Shown here: piece after piece, positions 24,452-36,411 of the stretch
Layout: every line of letters begins with the position of its first letter
Numbering within the stretch: the first letter of the stretch is position 1
Assembly: GCA_021432655.1 (NCBI GenBank)
Contig: MU271287.1
Span: forward strand, 1-52,890
Reading direction: 5' to 3'
Length of the DNA stretch: 52,890 nucleotides
DNA from: Atractiella rhizophila
Taxonomy: Eukaryota
The notes under the pieces: model-generated
The model's input: the letters and a program-made list of their open reading frames with translations, nothing else
Told to the model about the DNA's origin: nothing
Databases searched by the model: none
Translations under genes and position numbers: made by a program

Positions 24452-26769
24452 ATGATGAGTGCGAAAGACATTCTTCCTGAGGTGGACATCATTGTCGTTG
24501 GAGGTGAGTGAGAGTCATACTGGCTTGCGGAGAGCTGATGTACTTGAAGGGGGAGCGTCCGCCACAGTGCTCACTGCCACAATTGCGCAAAACCGACCTG
24601 ATCTTCAGATATTGCTGATTGAACATGGCAGATATGTTTCGGATGATCTGAGTGCCAAACAACCGGGGAGGTATCGGGACAATATCTCCAGTAATGTAAG
24701 GTGGTTGGAGGCAGGAAAATCGAAAGTCGCTATACGTGCGTTTTGCAGAACTACTCCTCTAATGAATGCCTCTTAAATCGCCTTTGCAGCATCCGTTTTG
24801 GGTGGAGGAGGAACTGGTACGCACGTTTCCCACACACAGCATCACAAAGCTAAGCGAAACTCAGTGGGAGCCATGGAGTACTGGCGTCCTTGTAAAGAGG
24901 ATTTTTCATCCTGGGGTCCAGAATGGGATTGGAACGAGCTACTTCAGTGTGCACAAAAGGCACGTACGTGAGCTTGCCTCAGGAACTGAAAGCTGGCTTA
25001 TGCAAATGCACAGGTTGAGAAAACAATCTTGGACAGCTTTGGAAGTGATACTCATGGGAAAGTTGGACCGTTAGAAGTGCGCTTTTTGACCTTTGACATT
25101 TCTGATTGGGAATTGGTTTAGGTATCCTATGGTGGGCATGAGCCTGAACTCGCGCAAGAATTCCTGCTGCAAGCTATCGAGCACGATGTCCCTCATGTCC
25201 CCGAGTGCGCGGCGTCCCTCTCTTTCCCTGCTTGCTTCCTGACTGAATCTAAACCCTGCAGCTTGAATGATTTCACAACTGACAATGGTTGCGCCTACCT
25301 TCCAAAATGGATAACCAATCGCACAGCTCTTCGATCAGATCCTGTGACATCCTTCTTGCTTCCACTCAAACCTCGACTTTACTCGTCCTCCGGCATCTTG
25401 TTGGAGAATCCTTCCAATCTTCACATCGTCACCGAAGCTGAAGTCTCGCGCATTATCCTCCAAGACAGAAAAGCTGAAGGAGTCGAATACCAATTTTCGG
25501 GGACTACGCGGAAGGCAACTGCCAGGAGAATGGTTATTCTCTGTGCAGGAGCTGTGGGAACTCCTAGAATCCTTCTCAACAGTGGGATCGGAACGCAGGA
25601 GGAGTTGGGGATTGACTCTAAAGTCAAATTGGCAGGAGTAGGAAAGGGGTGCGTATTCGATATAGTATGTGTACCTTCAAGGGCTGAACAATTTCTCTAG
25701 CCTTATGATGGAGCAATGTACGTTTTTACTGTCATTCTTGGCTTCTTGCTAAGTGTCTAACCAGATTTGCCCACATCCTATCACACATCTTCCGTAGACA
25801 CAATGGACGCTTTCTTTCGAGGGGATCCTTACCTGCTCCAAACAGTCCAAGAACAATTCAACTTGAATCAGACAGGTTGGCTAACCACAAATGGGGTCGA
25901 CGCAGGTCTTAGTTCTCACCTTCCGAATGCCACATCATGTCTCACTCCTTGGCAGCATGCAGGTTCAAACCTCCTAACGCAGTCGCGCCCTTCTCTCTAA
26001 CGTTCACCTCCTCCCATCCCGGTCCCCATACCCTCAGTTCTCCTCCCATGTCTCCAGGCAAGCTACCGGGCAACTTCTTCACCCTCTCCCTCCTACATTC
26101 CTACTCTTCCAGCAGAGGCTCTGTTTCTCGCTCCCGTCTCTCTATCCCGGAACCGACGAAAAACGACATCAAAGCTTTCGGATGGGGATACAAGTTCTCT
26201 CGTTCCCTCGCACGGGGAATGCCATCTTCCCTGGGTGAACATGAGCCATCCCATCCTTCCTTCCCCCCGTCCTCTCCTGTGCGAACAGAAGGGAGACAAC
26301 GACCTAGTCTGAGTGTTGTCAGCTCGTTGCCGCCCCCTGGTGAAAGCAAAAGGAGCAGATTCGCAGAGTGGAATGTCCTTGATGATTCCATGGAGGAGGA
26401 ACCGGAAGAATTGAAGTACGGGCCTGATGACGATGTGATCTTGAAGAACTGGATCAAGGACAATTTGCAGTTTCGTGATCCGGTACGTCCTCCCTCACTT
26501 ACGTGATGTGTATTAATCATCAAGATAGAGCGGGACATGCGCGATGAAGCCAGAGCAAGAAGGCGGAGTTGTCGATTCCAGGTTGAATGTGTACAATGTG
26601 GAAGGATTGAGGATTGCCGACCTGTCCATTCTGCCTTCTCCCGTCAGCGGCGTCAGTCCTGCCTGCCTGTGATGATCTTCGCTAACTCCCTTACTAGCCG
26701 CTCTATACTACTGCTCTTATCATTGGTCTCCGAGCATCCTCTTTCATACTGGCCGATCTGGACACCTAA
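24452..26769 (+). CDS. GMC oxidoreductase of alcohol-oxidase (AA3_3-like) type, probably non-catalytic
   Basis: PEVDIIVVGGGASA...LQILLIEHG, HGKVGPLEV, VILCAGAVGTPRILLNSGIG, GWLTTNGVDA, SGTCAMKPEQEGGVVDSRLNVYNVEGLRIADLSILP. Many short introns. Confidence 0.88.
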
Positions 26770-27101
26770 TCCACTTGAATTGTCTCTGAGCGACTCTAAC
26801 ACGAGCAAAGTTGTGAATTGACCAAACGCTTTTTGTTGTAACTCGTATTCTACCATTACTACCATATGATCGTAATCATTCGATGGGACACTGCATGAAG
26901 GAAGTGGAGTCGGAAGAAAAAGTGGAATGAAAAAGTAAGAAAAAGGGCGTAACGCATCCACCTCCCAAACTACGACCAACGATGATGCGATTATCAAAAG
27001 AGAGAAATACCAAACTTTTCCATACCGGACCACAAGCTATCAAAGCCTCCGTCCCCATTCTCCCCATGCCTTTCTGCCACGCAACTCGTTGTGATGGACT
27101 A

Positions 27102-28308
27102 TTAACAGCATCCGCTCTTCCCGTCCTTCTTCCCCTCATCTCCGGTAGGAGTAACCGTAATGGTCTCTCCTCGACTTGGGCCAATCGCATCTCCCGAACT
27201 CTCTAGCGTCTTGGAGGAGATGATCCGGTACACATCTATCCCCAATAACCCAACACTGTCCAGCTCTCCCCCATAAATCTAAAGCGATAAGACGTACCAG
27301 TCAACAACTGCTGGAACGCTTGCTCGACATTGCTAGCATCCAAAGCTGAGGTCTCAACAAATCCCAAACCCTCCTCACGGGCCATCTTCTCCGCCTCTTC
27401 CACGGTGACAGCCCTCAAATGCCGAAGATCAGATTTGTTGCCGACGAGGATGATTGAAATGTTGGAATCGGCATGGTCACGCAATTCCTTGAGCCAGCGG
27501 AGGACGTTAGAAAAAGAAGACGATTTGGAGATATCGTAGATGAGAAGAGCGCCGACGGCGCCACGGTAGTACCTTCAGACATCACACAAAGATGTTAGAA
27601 CGCTCGGTTGAACAAGCGGAAGGAAGTGGGTTGAAGGCGAACGGAGTCGTACGAACTGATGAAGTGGGGGTAAGGGAGGAGAGGGCTCTCTTCTGGCGAT
27701 AGAGAGGAGACTTACGCAGCTGTGATGGCTCTGTATCTCTCTTGTCCAGCTGCATCCCACCAATCCCCACATTACTTCGAGTCCATGCATACCTGGGGAA
27801 CCGAGCTTACCAGTGTCCCAAATTTGCGCCTGAAGATAACATAATCAGCATAAGTTCTTCAATGGATGGGTATGAAAAGGCAGTAGACGAACTGACCTTG
27901 ACTGTCTTACCCTCCACGCTCACACTCCTAGTGGCAAACTCGACACCAATGGTGGACTTTGAATCGAGGTTAAATTCATTCCTCGTGAATCGCGAGAGTA
28001 CTGCCAGATGCCGTCACTCTGACATTCTTCGGTCAAAGGGAATAAGGAAAACAAACAGTTTCTGAGGGTGAACACGGCCGGGTCAGCCAAAATCACGAAA
28101 GGAGGATGTGAAGAGAGACGCACGATTTTCCGACACCAGAATCGCCTTTTACACATTGAGAGCATTAAGACAATTTTATTATAAAGGACAGAGAAGCAGT
28201 ACCAATAAGCACAATCTATAGCGAAGTCAACATCAACTCTGCCCCTTGTCCCGCTCAAGTTCCGCTGAGGAGATGACGCACCTTGAAAAGATAATCGTAG
28301 TCACTCAT
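27102..28308 (-). CDS. RAB11: Rab11/Ypt3-family small GTPase
   Basis: Spliced [82 protein letters not shown]-terminal GCC*. Confidence 0.95.
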
Positions 28309-28759
28309 TCTGTCTTGTTCTTACAAAATTATTTGCTACTCGATCTGTGTATTTCTGAGGCACGAATATCTTGAAACTCGTCGCTGTCGGTTGCTGGCGT
28401 GGTCGAACGAGTGAAACAAGGGGTTGAGAAAGTTCTTAGGGGGCTTGGATCTAGTGCCAGTTGCTGCGGTTCCCGAACTACAGTTTTCCTGCTTTATGGT
28501 GGTTGGCGTTCAACCTATACTGCGTGCTCACAACTTGAGGGTTTCAGGTGCTGTTGTTCGATCTAGTTCGATCCATGTTTCGGTGGAGGAGGACGCGATG
28601 AACATCGATAATCGAAATTCAAGCTTTCAAAGTTGACAGAATGAAGTCTTGGAGCACTGCCCTCCGTATACGTTCATATATCTACTCTGGATAGGCAACT
28701 CTTCTACAACTATCTCTTTCTCTGAGACGACCAGTACTACTTCTGCCGCCTGTGATACG

Positions 28760-29638
28760 ATGCTTTTAGGCCTTGTATCTGTGAAATATTCTGCTCCAGC
28801 AGCTTACGCAGAGGGAGGTACATCAGTCCACTTTGCATTCACTCGACGCGCTTTCAAGTTGTGGAAGACGAGACAATCATCTTTTCAAATTTATGCTTCT
28901 TGTTCAGAAATCGATATCTTGTTCAGCATTCCACGGGACGAATCCTTTTATCCGTTTACTTTCCATTTTGATCCTAGCGAAAAGGAGGATACCATTTTGC
29001 ACCTCTTGGTTGACCACGAATCTCGCAGTGTGGTCGCGGCGAACGCAGAATTAGACTGCAAGGATGTCGACAATGAACATGCATTACTAGTCACGGTTCT
29101 TTTTCAAGCAGCATGGGACAGTGATCCTTTCCGAGAAGTCCCTCCCGAGATTATGCATATGATATTCTCATCCATGATTGAGGCAGGCGACGTTGATGTG
29201 GAGCGACGTGGGAACTCTCATTTAGCTAGATATTTTCAACAAATCCGCCTCGTCAATACATATTTCGCCAAGACGGCGCTTCTTTCTCTGTGTCGACTGC
29301 TGGGAACAATGGACTACCTACCTCGAGGAAAGGTGTTTGGTACTCGCCGAGCTCAGGCGTCTAAAATCTCACCAGTGTCTCTGTTCAAACGATATCCAGA
29401 TGCCTCGTCCCCCTATCTTAGAGAACTACTGATCAGAGACTCAACGATCGAACACCCTGACGCCACTTGGTTAGTTCTAGTAGAGATGTTTAGAGTCTGC
29501 AAGAACCTGAAAATGGTTGTTTTGTTCCTCAAGCCTCCCACAAGGAGAAAAGTTCGAAGGCTGGTGCTGGAGCGCCTCCTTGCCCTAAGAGTACTGCCAG
29601 ATGCCGTCACTCTGACATTCTTCGGTCAAAGGGAATAA
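28760..29638 (+). pseudogene. Truncated copy or allele of the F-box/LRR-like gene at 30368
   Basis: Matches the N-terminal ~278 aa of the 30368 protein, then crosses the junction at 29587 into antisense Rab11 intron sequence. Confidence 0.8.
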
Positions 29639-29901
29639 GGAAAACAAACAGTTTCTGAGGGTGAACACGGCCGGGTCAGCCAAAGTCACGAAAGGAGGAT
29701 GTGAAGAGAGACGCACGATTTTCCGACACCGGAATCGCCTTTTACACATTCAGAGCATTAACACAATTTTGTTATAGAGGACAGAGAAGCAGTACCAATA
29801 AGCACAATCTATAGCGAAGTCAACATCAACTCTGCCCCTTGTCCCGCTCAAGTTCCGCTGAGGATATGACGCACCTTGAAAAGATAATCGTAGTCACTCA
29901 T
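29588..29901 (-). pseudogene. Duplicated 5' exons of Rab11 (fragment or second allele)
   Basis: [14 protein letters not shown] and DSGVGKS exons repeated, ending at the junction. Confidence 0.8.
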
Positions 29902-30367
29902 TCTGTCTTGTGCTTTACAAAATTATTTTGCTACTCGATCTGTGTATTTCTGAGGCTTGAATATCTTGAAACTCGTCGCTGTCGGTTGCTGGGGTGGTCG
30001 AACGAGTGAAACAAGGGGCTGAGAACAGTCTCTTAGGGGGCTTGGAGCGACCGCAATGCCAGCGCTGAGGTTCCCTACCTCGTCGGAACCCCAGATTCAG
30101 ATTTACTGCTTTATGGTGGCTTTCAACTTGTACTCCGTGCTCACACTTGAGGGTTCAGGTGCTGTTGTTCGATCTAGTTCGATCCATGTTTCGGTGGACG
30201 AGGACGCGATGAACATCGATAATCGAAATTCAAGCTTTCAAAGTTGACAGAATGAAGTCTCGGAGCACTGCCCTCCGTATACGTTCATATATCTACTCTG
30301 GATAGGCAATTCTTCTGCAACTATCTCTTTCTCTGCGACGACGCAGTACTACTTCTGCCGCCTTACG

Positions 30368-32119
30368 ATGCTTTTAGGCCTTGTATCTGTGAAATGTTCT
30401 GCTCCAGCAGCTTACCCAGAAAGAAGTACATCAGTCCACTTTGCATTCACTCGACGCGCTTTCAAGTTGTGGAAGACGAGACAATCATCTTTTAAAATTT
30501 GTGCTGCTTGTTCAGAAGTCGATATCTCGTTCAGCATTCCACGGGACGAATCGTTTTATCCGTTTACTTTCCATCTTGATTCTAACGAAAAGGAAGATGT
30601 CGTTTTGCACCTCTTGGTTGACCACGAATCTCGCAGTGTGGTCGCGGCGAACGCAGAATTAGACTGCCAGGATGTCGACAATGAACATGCATTGCTGGTC
30701 ACGGTTCTTTTTCAAGCAGCATGGGGCAGTGATCCTTTCCGGGACGTCCCTCCAGAGATCATGCATATGATATTCTCATCCATGATTGAGGCAGGCGACG
30801 TTGATGTGGAACGACGTGGGAACTCTCATTTGGCTAGATATTTTCAACAAATCCGCCTCGTCAATACATATTTCGCCAAGACGGCGCTTCCTTCTCTGTG
30901 TCGACTGCTGGGAACAATGGACTACCTACCTCGAGGAAAGGTGTTTGGTACTCGCCGAGCTCAGGCGTCTAAAATCTCACCAGTGTCTCTGTTCAAACGA
31001 TATCCAGATGCCTCGTCCCCCTACCTTCGAGAACTACTGATCAGAGACTCAACGATTGAACAACCTGACGCCACCTGGTCAGTTCTAGCAGAGATGTTCG
31101 GAGTCTGCAACAACCTGAAAATGGTTGTTTTGTTCCTCAAGCCTCCCACATGGAGAAAAGTTCGAAGGCTGGTGCTGGAGCGCCTCCTTGCCCTTCCTCG
31201 TTTGACAGTACTGCAAATTACAAATGTTATGGACCACGAAAACAGTCGATGGGACACTGTCGATCTCGCCTTTCTGATGTCTAGGTGCTTCTATGTCGAA
31301 AGCCTTTCGATCTCAGGCTGGAACCTTCAAGGGTGCGCGGATTTCAGCGAGCGACAGTTGTTGAGGAAGCTGCGGTACCTCAACGTAGCGGCCTGTCCGA
31401 TTAACATCCAGATGCTCAAATCATTCTTGTCCTGTATCTGCCGTGGTATAATCCCCGAACAGCGAAAGGCAACCTTTAGTTTACAATATAACAACTTTTG
31501 GCCTGACGCTGTCAGTCCGAACGAGTTTATGCAACTCCTCAACGAACTTCGTCCCCATCTATTCGTCCTTTCTCTTCATATTCGACCAATGTCAAAATCC
31601 CAAGAAGTGATGCCGACAGCAACCGCACACCTCGATTCATACTTTTACTCATTTTACAGTAAGTAATCCATTATTAACTATGAACACATTATTCAAACGT
31701 CAATAGATCTACGCGAATTAGTCATAGATGGTGGCAGCGAAAGTTCCCAAGTCGTATCTGACCGCTTCCTCCTCGGTCTATCGACTCACCTTCCTCTCCT
31801 CGACTATCTCGACATCAGTTGGTGTGCGATTCAGACTGAAACCATTCCGGAATTCTTAGCAAGACAGGAAAAGTGTAATCCACAGCGTGAAGATAAGATA
31901 CACTTCTGCATCACACCGCTATTTGGAGACTTTTCTTGGACAGCCGACAAGGTCTGTGAACAACTTCAAGTTGTGGACCGCGAAAGTGAGCTCTTGTCAG
32001 GAGAATTAGTGAGATGGGATACGGCGGCGCCAGGGATCTTTCGATATGATGGAAGCTACTTCGAAGTTTATTGGAATGAAGGAGGAGATGAAGCGGTCCC
32101 AGATTTCAGATGGCGTTGA
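30368..32119 (+). CDS. F-box-like/LRR protein with an unrecognised N-terminal domain, 2 exons
   Basis: DPFRDVPPEIMHMIFSSM...QIRLVNTYFAKTA motif and LRR-like repeats. A 48-nt intron (31659-31706) continues into NLRELVIDGGSESSQVVSDRFL...FRWR*. Confidence 0.8.
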
Positions 32120-32672
32120 AAATAATGGACCACGTAAGGCATGAAGTCTATTTACAATTTCTTATATTTCGTGTCTATCAATTGTAGGACATAAAACACA
32201 AATTTTCGTCGTTCAAATCATCGAGAAACATTCCAAAAATTGCAGAAACAGAAAGAATCATTTCTTTTCGTCTGAGACATTTGAAACATCCAAAGCCCTT
32301 CACATCGTTTCTTTCTTCTTTGACATCAACAAATAAAGATAATTTAATCAAGACAGGGAATCGGTTCGATCCGCTAGAAAGAAAGCGAGATCTAAGAAGA
32401 TGAGTGCTACGAATGGATATAAATCAAGAATTGAATGGTGAAGCGGAAGATGTTTGTCGATGGGAGAATACAAACAGATAATGTGGTGAACGGATGCTGA
32501 ATGACGATAAAGACTGCTCTCGAGGTAACGAGAATCAGCCATACAGAAACAGTTTGAACGGAGAAACTGGGAGGAGTGCTACAAGAAGTTGATCGAAACA
32601 AGGTAATGAGACAATGAACAAATTGTAGACAAGAAAAAATGCCTATAACACAAAAGAAAACCCTAAAACCTC

Positions 32673-33620
32673 TCAACGAAACACCACTCGAGGACCACCT
32701 CCCCCTCCCATCCCTCTCGGACGGTACTGAGCATCGAGGTCCTCACGTCCTCTTCTCATCGAGGCATCCCCCATCCCGCCTAGTCCGCCAAAGAACACTC
32801 CTCTGTCGTCGCGATAGACGCCAGGGTAAGGGTTCCTCCTAGCGAAGAATTCCTCGCGCACATCCGGGACCTCTGGATCTTGAAGCCATTCTTCTGGCGG
32901 CGTAACGTAAGGCGGCGGAGCTCCAAATCCACGCTGGAGGGGCACGCGAGTCGTGCCTCCCATCATTGGGCGGGGAGGGACAGCCATGTTTCGACGTGGC
33001 ATGAGGGGGTCGCGTACCATCCTCCCTTGTTGTAAATGAGGAGGATAGCGCGGCGGTGCAGGTTGTTCCTTGTGAACTGGAGGGCGGATGGGGAGATCTT
33101 TGATGACGTTCAGTTTTGTGAGGTAGACCTTGGCCTCTTCCTCGATCTTTGGCCAATAGGGTCCTAAAACATCGACGTCCTGAGAAAGCAGCCTTGCTTG
33201 GAGCAGGGTGTCAACTCGCTTCTCGTGTACGAAGCGAGTCAGGCGATCGATGGCGGCGAGGATCTCGGAGAGCGGTGGGAGTTTCGGAGGCGGCGAAGGA
33301 GGAGGGAGGGTCTTGAGCTCTATCGGATGAGTCTTCTCGAGTGTTGAGCGAAGGGCGAGGATCTCAGTGAAGAGAGCGCTGATTCGTTGGTGCTCGCTGT
33401 AGCGTAATGTGTAGCGGTGTCGGATCTCGTCAAGGATAAGGTTGCCGTAGAGATGCCTCCATTGATGGGACGTTAATCCCCTTCGTGAGACTCCTTGAGC
33501 GAGGAGGTCTCCAGAGATGAATCTCGCCCAGACATCAAGAGTGAGTCTGGGATTGGGAACACAGTAAGCCTTTGATTGCTTGAGGGGAGGATGACAGGAG
33601 ACTAACCCAGGGGTGAACAT
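32673..33620 (-). CDS. Hypothetical protein (helical N-half, Pro/Arg/Gly-rich C-half)
   Basis: Uninterrupted 315-aa ORF with an ATG start, GC-rich codons and a TATA-like element about 100 bp upstream. No family recognised. Confidence 0.7.
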   Translation of the reverse strand: MFTPGLVSCHPPLKQSKAYCVPNPRLTLDVWARFISGDLLAQGVSRRGLTSHQWRHLYGNLILDEIRHRYTLRYSEHQRISALFTEILALRSTLEKTHPIELKTLPPPSPPPKLPPLSEILAAIDRLTRFVHEKRVDTLLQARLLSQDVDVLGPYWPKIEEEAKVYLTKLNVIKDLPIRPPVHKEQPAPPRYPPHLQQGRMVRDPLMPRRNMAVPPRPMMGGTTRVPLQRGFGAPPPYVTPPEEWLQDPEVPDVREEFFARRNPYPGVYRDDRGVFFGGLGGMGDASMRRGREDLDAQYRPRGMGGGGGPRVVFR

Positions 33621-35112
33621 TGTGGTGAGGAAGTAAGCAGTTGACGTGAATTAAATATGTTTGGCTTCGATCAGGTTTGTTTGGGAGGGAAGAAAAGAGC
33701 GACAGAGTCTACAAAGGCCTTATATAATTCTCTAAGCCCTTGTGAGTTGTTGGTCGTCCAGCAAATGCGAGTAAGTCATTCGCTGATTCGTTTCCTTGAC
33801 TCGCCTCCTTGCACTCTTATGATCGCAACTTTGTTTTATTTTGAGTCAGGGTCGCGTAAATTCATTCTCTTATCCATCGCTGTAGCGACCAAACAACGAC
33901 GTCACCAAAGGGAAAGGGCGGCTGCTTGTCCTTTGTGGTATGTTGGAGTCTTTTGACACTCCATGAAGTTTACCAGGCTGAAACGCGTGTGGAAGGCAGT
34001 GAGAAGAACACAGAACACGAACGCACGGAATCGGAAACGCGATGCGCAGCATTCTTCCACTCACGTGCTGCCTATTGTTCCTTCGTTCTTCATTGAGCCA
34101 CGCAGCGTCAACTCGCGGCTCGTTTGCGTAACGGAATTCGAGAAGGAAAGAAAGAAGCGAAAGGGCGAGGCACAAGAAGGGACTGCAGAAATGAATAGAA
34201 TGACCGACGGTTAAATCTGTAATGAAGAGGCATTTTTTCGTGAGACAAACAGACCGCCTTACATGGCACACTCAGAAGCGGCAAGAACACCTGCCAGTCG
34301 TCCTCGTCATCCATACATGGAAAAAGAGCGAACGAAGGAAGGAACCACTGCTCCATTCCAAGGCCGAGCCATGGAAATGTTTGAATAATTGGAATGGGGA
34401 AAAGGAGTCAGCTGGAGCTGATTCAGATTCTGGACACATTGACAGTAACGAGTAAGAGCACACGTAGATCCGAGTTCTCCCTCCATTGGCTAGTCTGGCG
34501 TTCAAAGCTCAACGTTCACCATTCTGTGGTTGCAATTTCAGGTCCCGGTTACTGCCATATTCTGGCAACACATGGAGAGAAAAGGTGGGATTTGGTACCA
34601 AACAAGTCACACGCGTTTGGGCATATGAAAACAACACACCAATCGCGTCGGTTGCACTATTATCGATGTGACCAACTGTGACAAATTTGTGCTGGATATC
34701 CGCCGCTTGGTAGCTATCCTGTCAAAGAAAGCGTTGATCTTTGAGCGCCGGTGAGTACATAGCATGCTCTCGAACTATTAGGAGTATTGTAAGGCCTAAT
34801 CATCCTCTAAATTATTCTCGAACCGCCTTTCGTAATCGTCCGTTCAGAGATTTAGAATGGAAGAGGCACCTTTCATTTCCCAGCCCTCACCATCGGTCAG
34901 CACTTTGATCCACTGTTTCACCGTGCCTATCTCCCTCTGCATCTCTCCATTCCATCCATACACCGTCTCTTTATACTGTGCTTAATGGCATGGGTACGTT
35001 CAAATGTTATCACATCACATTCCTTCCGGAGCTGTTGAGCCTTCGAACCAACACCCGCCAACCCTCCCAGCAAAACAGCAAAACAGCAAACTTGCACATT
35101 CAGTCTGAGACC

Positions 35113-36105
35113 ATGTTGCGTCTATCTCGATCCTCTCCCATCCTCTTACGGGGGGTCCAACTCCAAGTGCGGCACTCGACTCTTCCCAGCGCCACCGCCT
35201 CGCCTTCCTACGACCACAACCCGCTCACGCTCGACGCAGCCATCAAGCAAGGAGAGGGCGGCAAGGTCCGTCCTGCTCCTCGGACGGGCGGAGTGGCGTC
35301 GGAGGGAGAGGGTGCGGGAGAGGTGGTGACGGATGAAGATACGAGGGTCAGGGCGGCGGATGAGGCTTTGGCTGCTGGTGTCGTGAATGGAGTCCCTCGT
35401 GCGTTGTTGTCTTCTCTTCCTCTCCCTTCCTTGGTGTGGATACCGGGAGGGGTGTACTTTGTTCAGGTGCTTGATTTGTGGAGTCGTGACATTGATGATG
35501 TGTGGTGTGTAGCGGAAATGTTCCACCGACCCGTTCGCATCTATAGGCCAACCAAGAATGCGATGCAGAGCGCGAAGGGAGACGGACAGCATTGGAGGTT
35601 GGATTGGGATCGGTTGAGCGGGAGCGGGAGTTGGGAGAACCCATTGATGGGATGGAGTAGTTCGTGCGTTTCCCCTCCTTACCTTCTTCCACTACTGCTG
35701 CTCCAACATCTCCCTCGTTCTTTCTCCCACGTTCTTTTGGCTATATATAATGGCTTGACGCAATTCTTTTGGGTTTAGAGCGGACTACATGCAAGGTCTG
35801 TAACCTACTGCTACTCCCCCTTCCTCTTCTTCAGACGATATGGAAGGCTGACAGTCTGGCAGGCACCCGGCTGAAATTTCCCACGAAGGACGCAGCCATT
35901 GCTTTCTGCGAGAGGCAGGGATGGGATTATTATGTCCAGCAGACCTTTGTGAAAGAGTTGGGACCTAAAAGTTACTCTGAGTACGTCTCTTTTCACCTTC
36001 TCCCTCCTGTTCCCCCATCAGACGTACATTGGTTATTGATGTTGTGGCGTGGACAGTAACTTCAAACATGTCCCTGGAGAGCTGAGAAAGATACCTACCA
36101 AGTAG
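35113..36105 (+). CDS. NDUFS4: Mitochondrial complex I subunit NDUFS4 homolog
   Basis: Presequence MLRLSRSS; RPVRIYRPTKNAMQS, WENPLMGWSSS|ADYMQ, LKFPTKDAAIAFCERQGWDYYV, KSYSE|NF, ...KIPTK*. Confidence 0.95.
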
Positions 36106-36411
36106 GATGTACATATACTTATTTCATTGAAGGTTTAGAGGAGGAGCATGGAGTCATTCAGAGTGTCACCCGCGATGCTGCCCATGCACAATGGAGTGGA
36201 TACTTGCCTATGAGTTAGCAAAAATGTGATGCCCCTAAGATGCAGAAGTAATGTCCCGATAAATTGACGCAAACCAACAGAAGAAGAATCTCTTCGCTGG
36301 TTCGCATTTAGCCGTTTCCTGCTCGGCGTTGTCCTCTCACACAACATACAATCGACGATTGCCAACAACTTCACATCAATAAATCCTCCTTCTCAGTGGA
36401 GGAGAAAGTAC

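Larger units (their letters stand above)
27995..31194. repeat. Tandem ~1.6 kb duplication (27995-29586 and 29588-31194), single A at the junction
   Basis: Both blocks contain the Rab11 5' exons, the shared promoter and the 5' part of the F-box-like gene. Confidence 0.95.
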
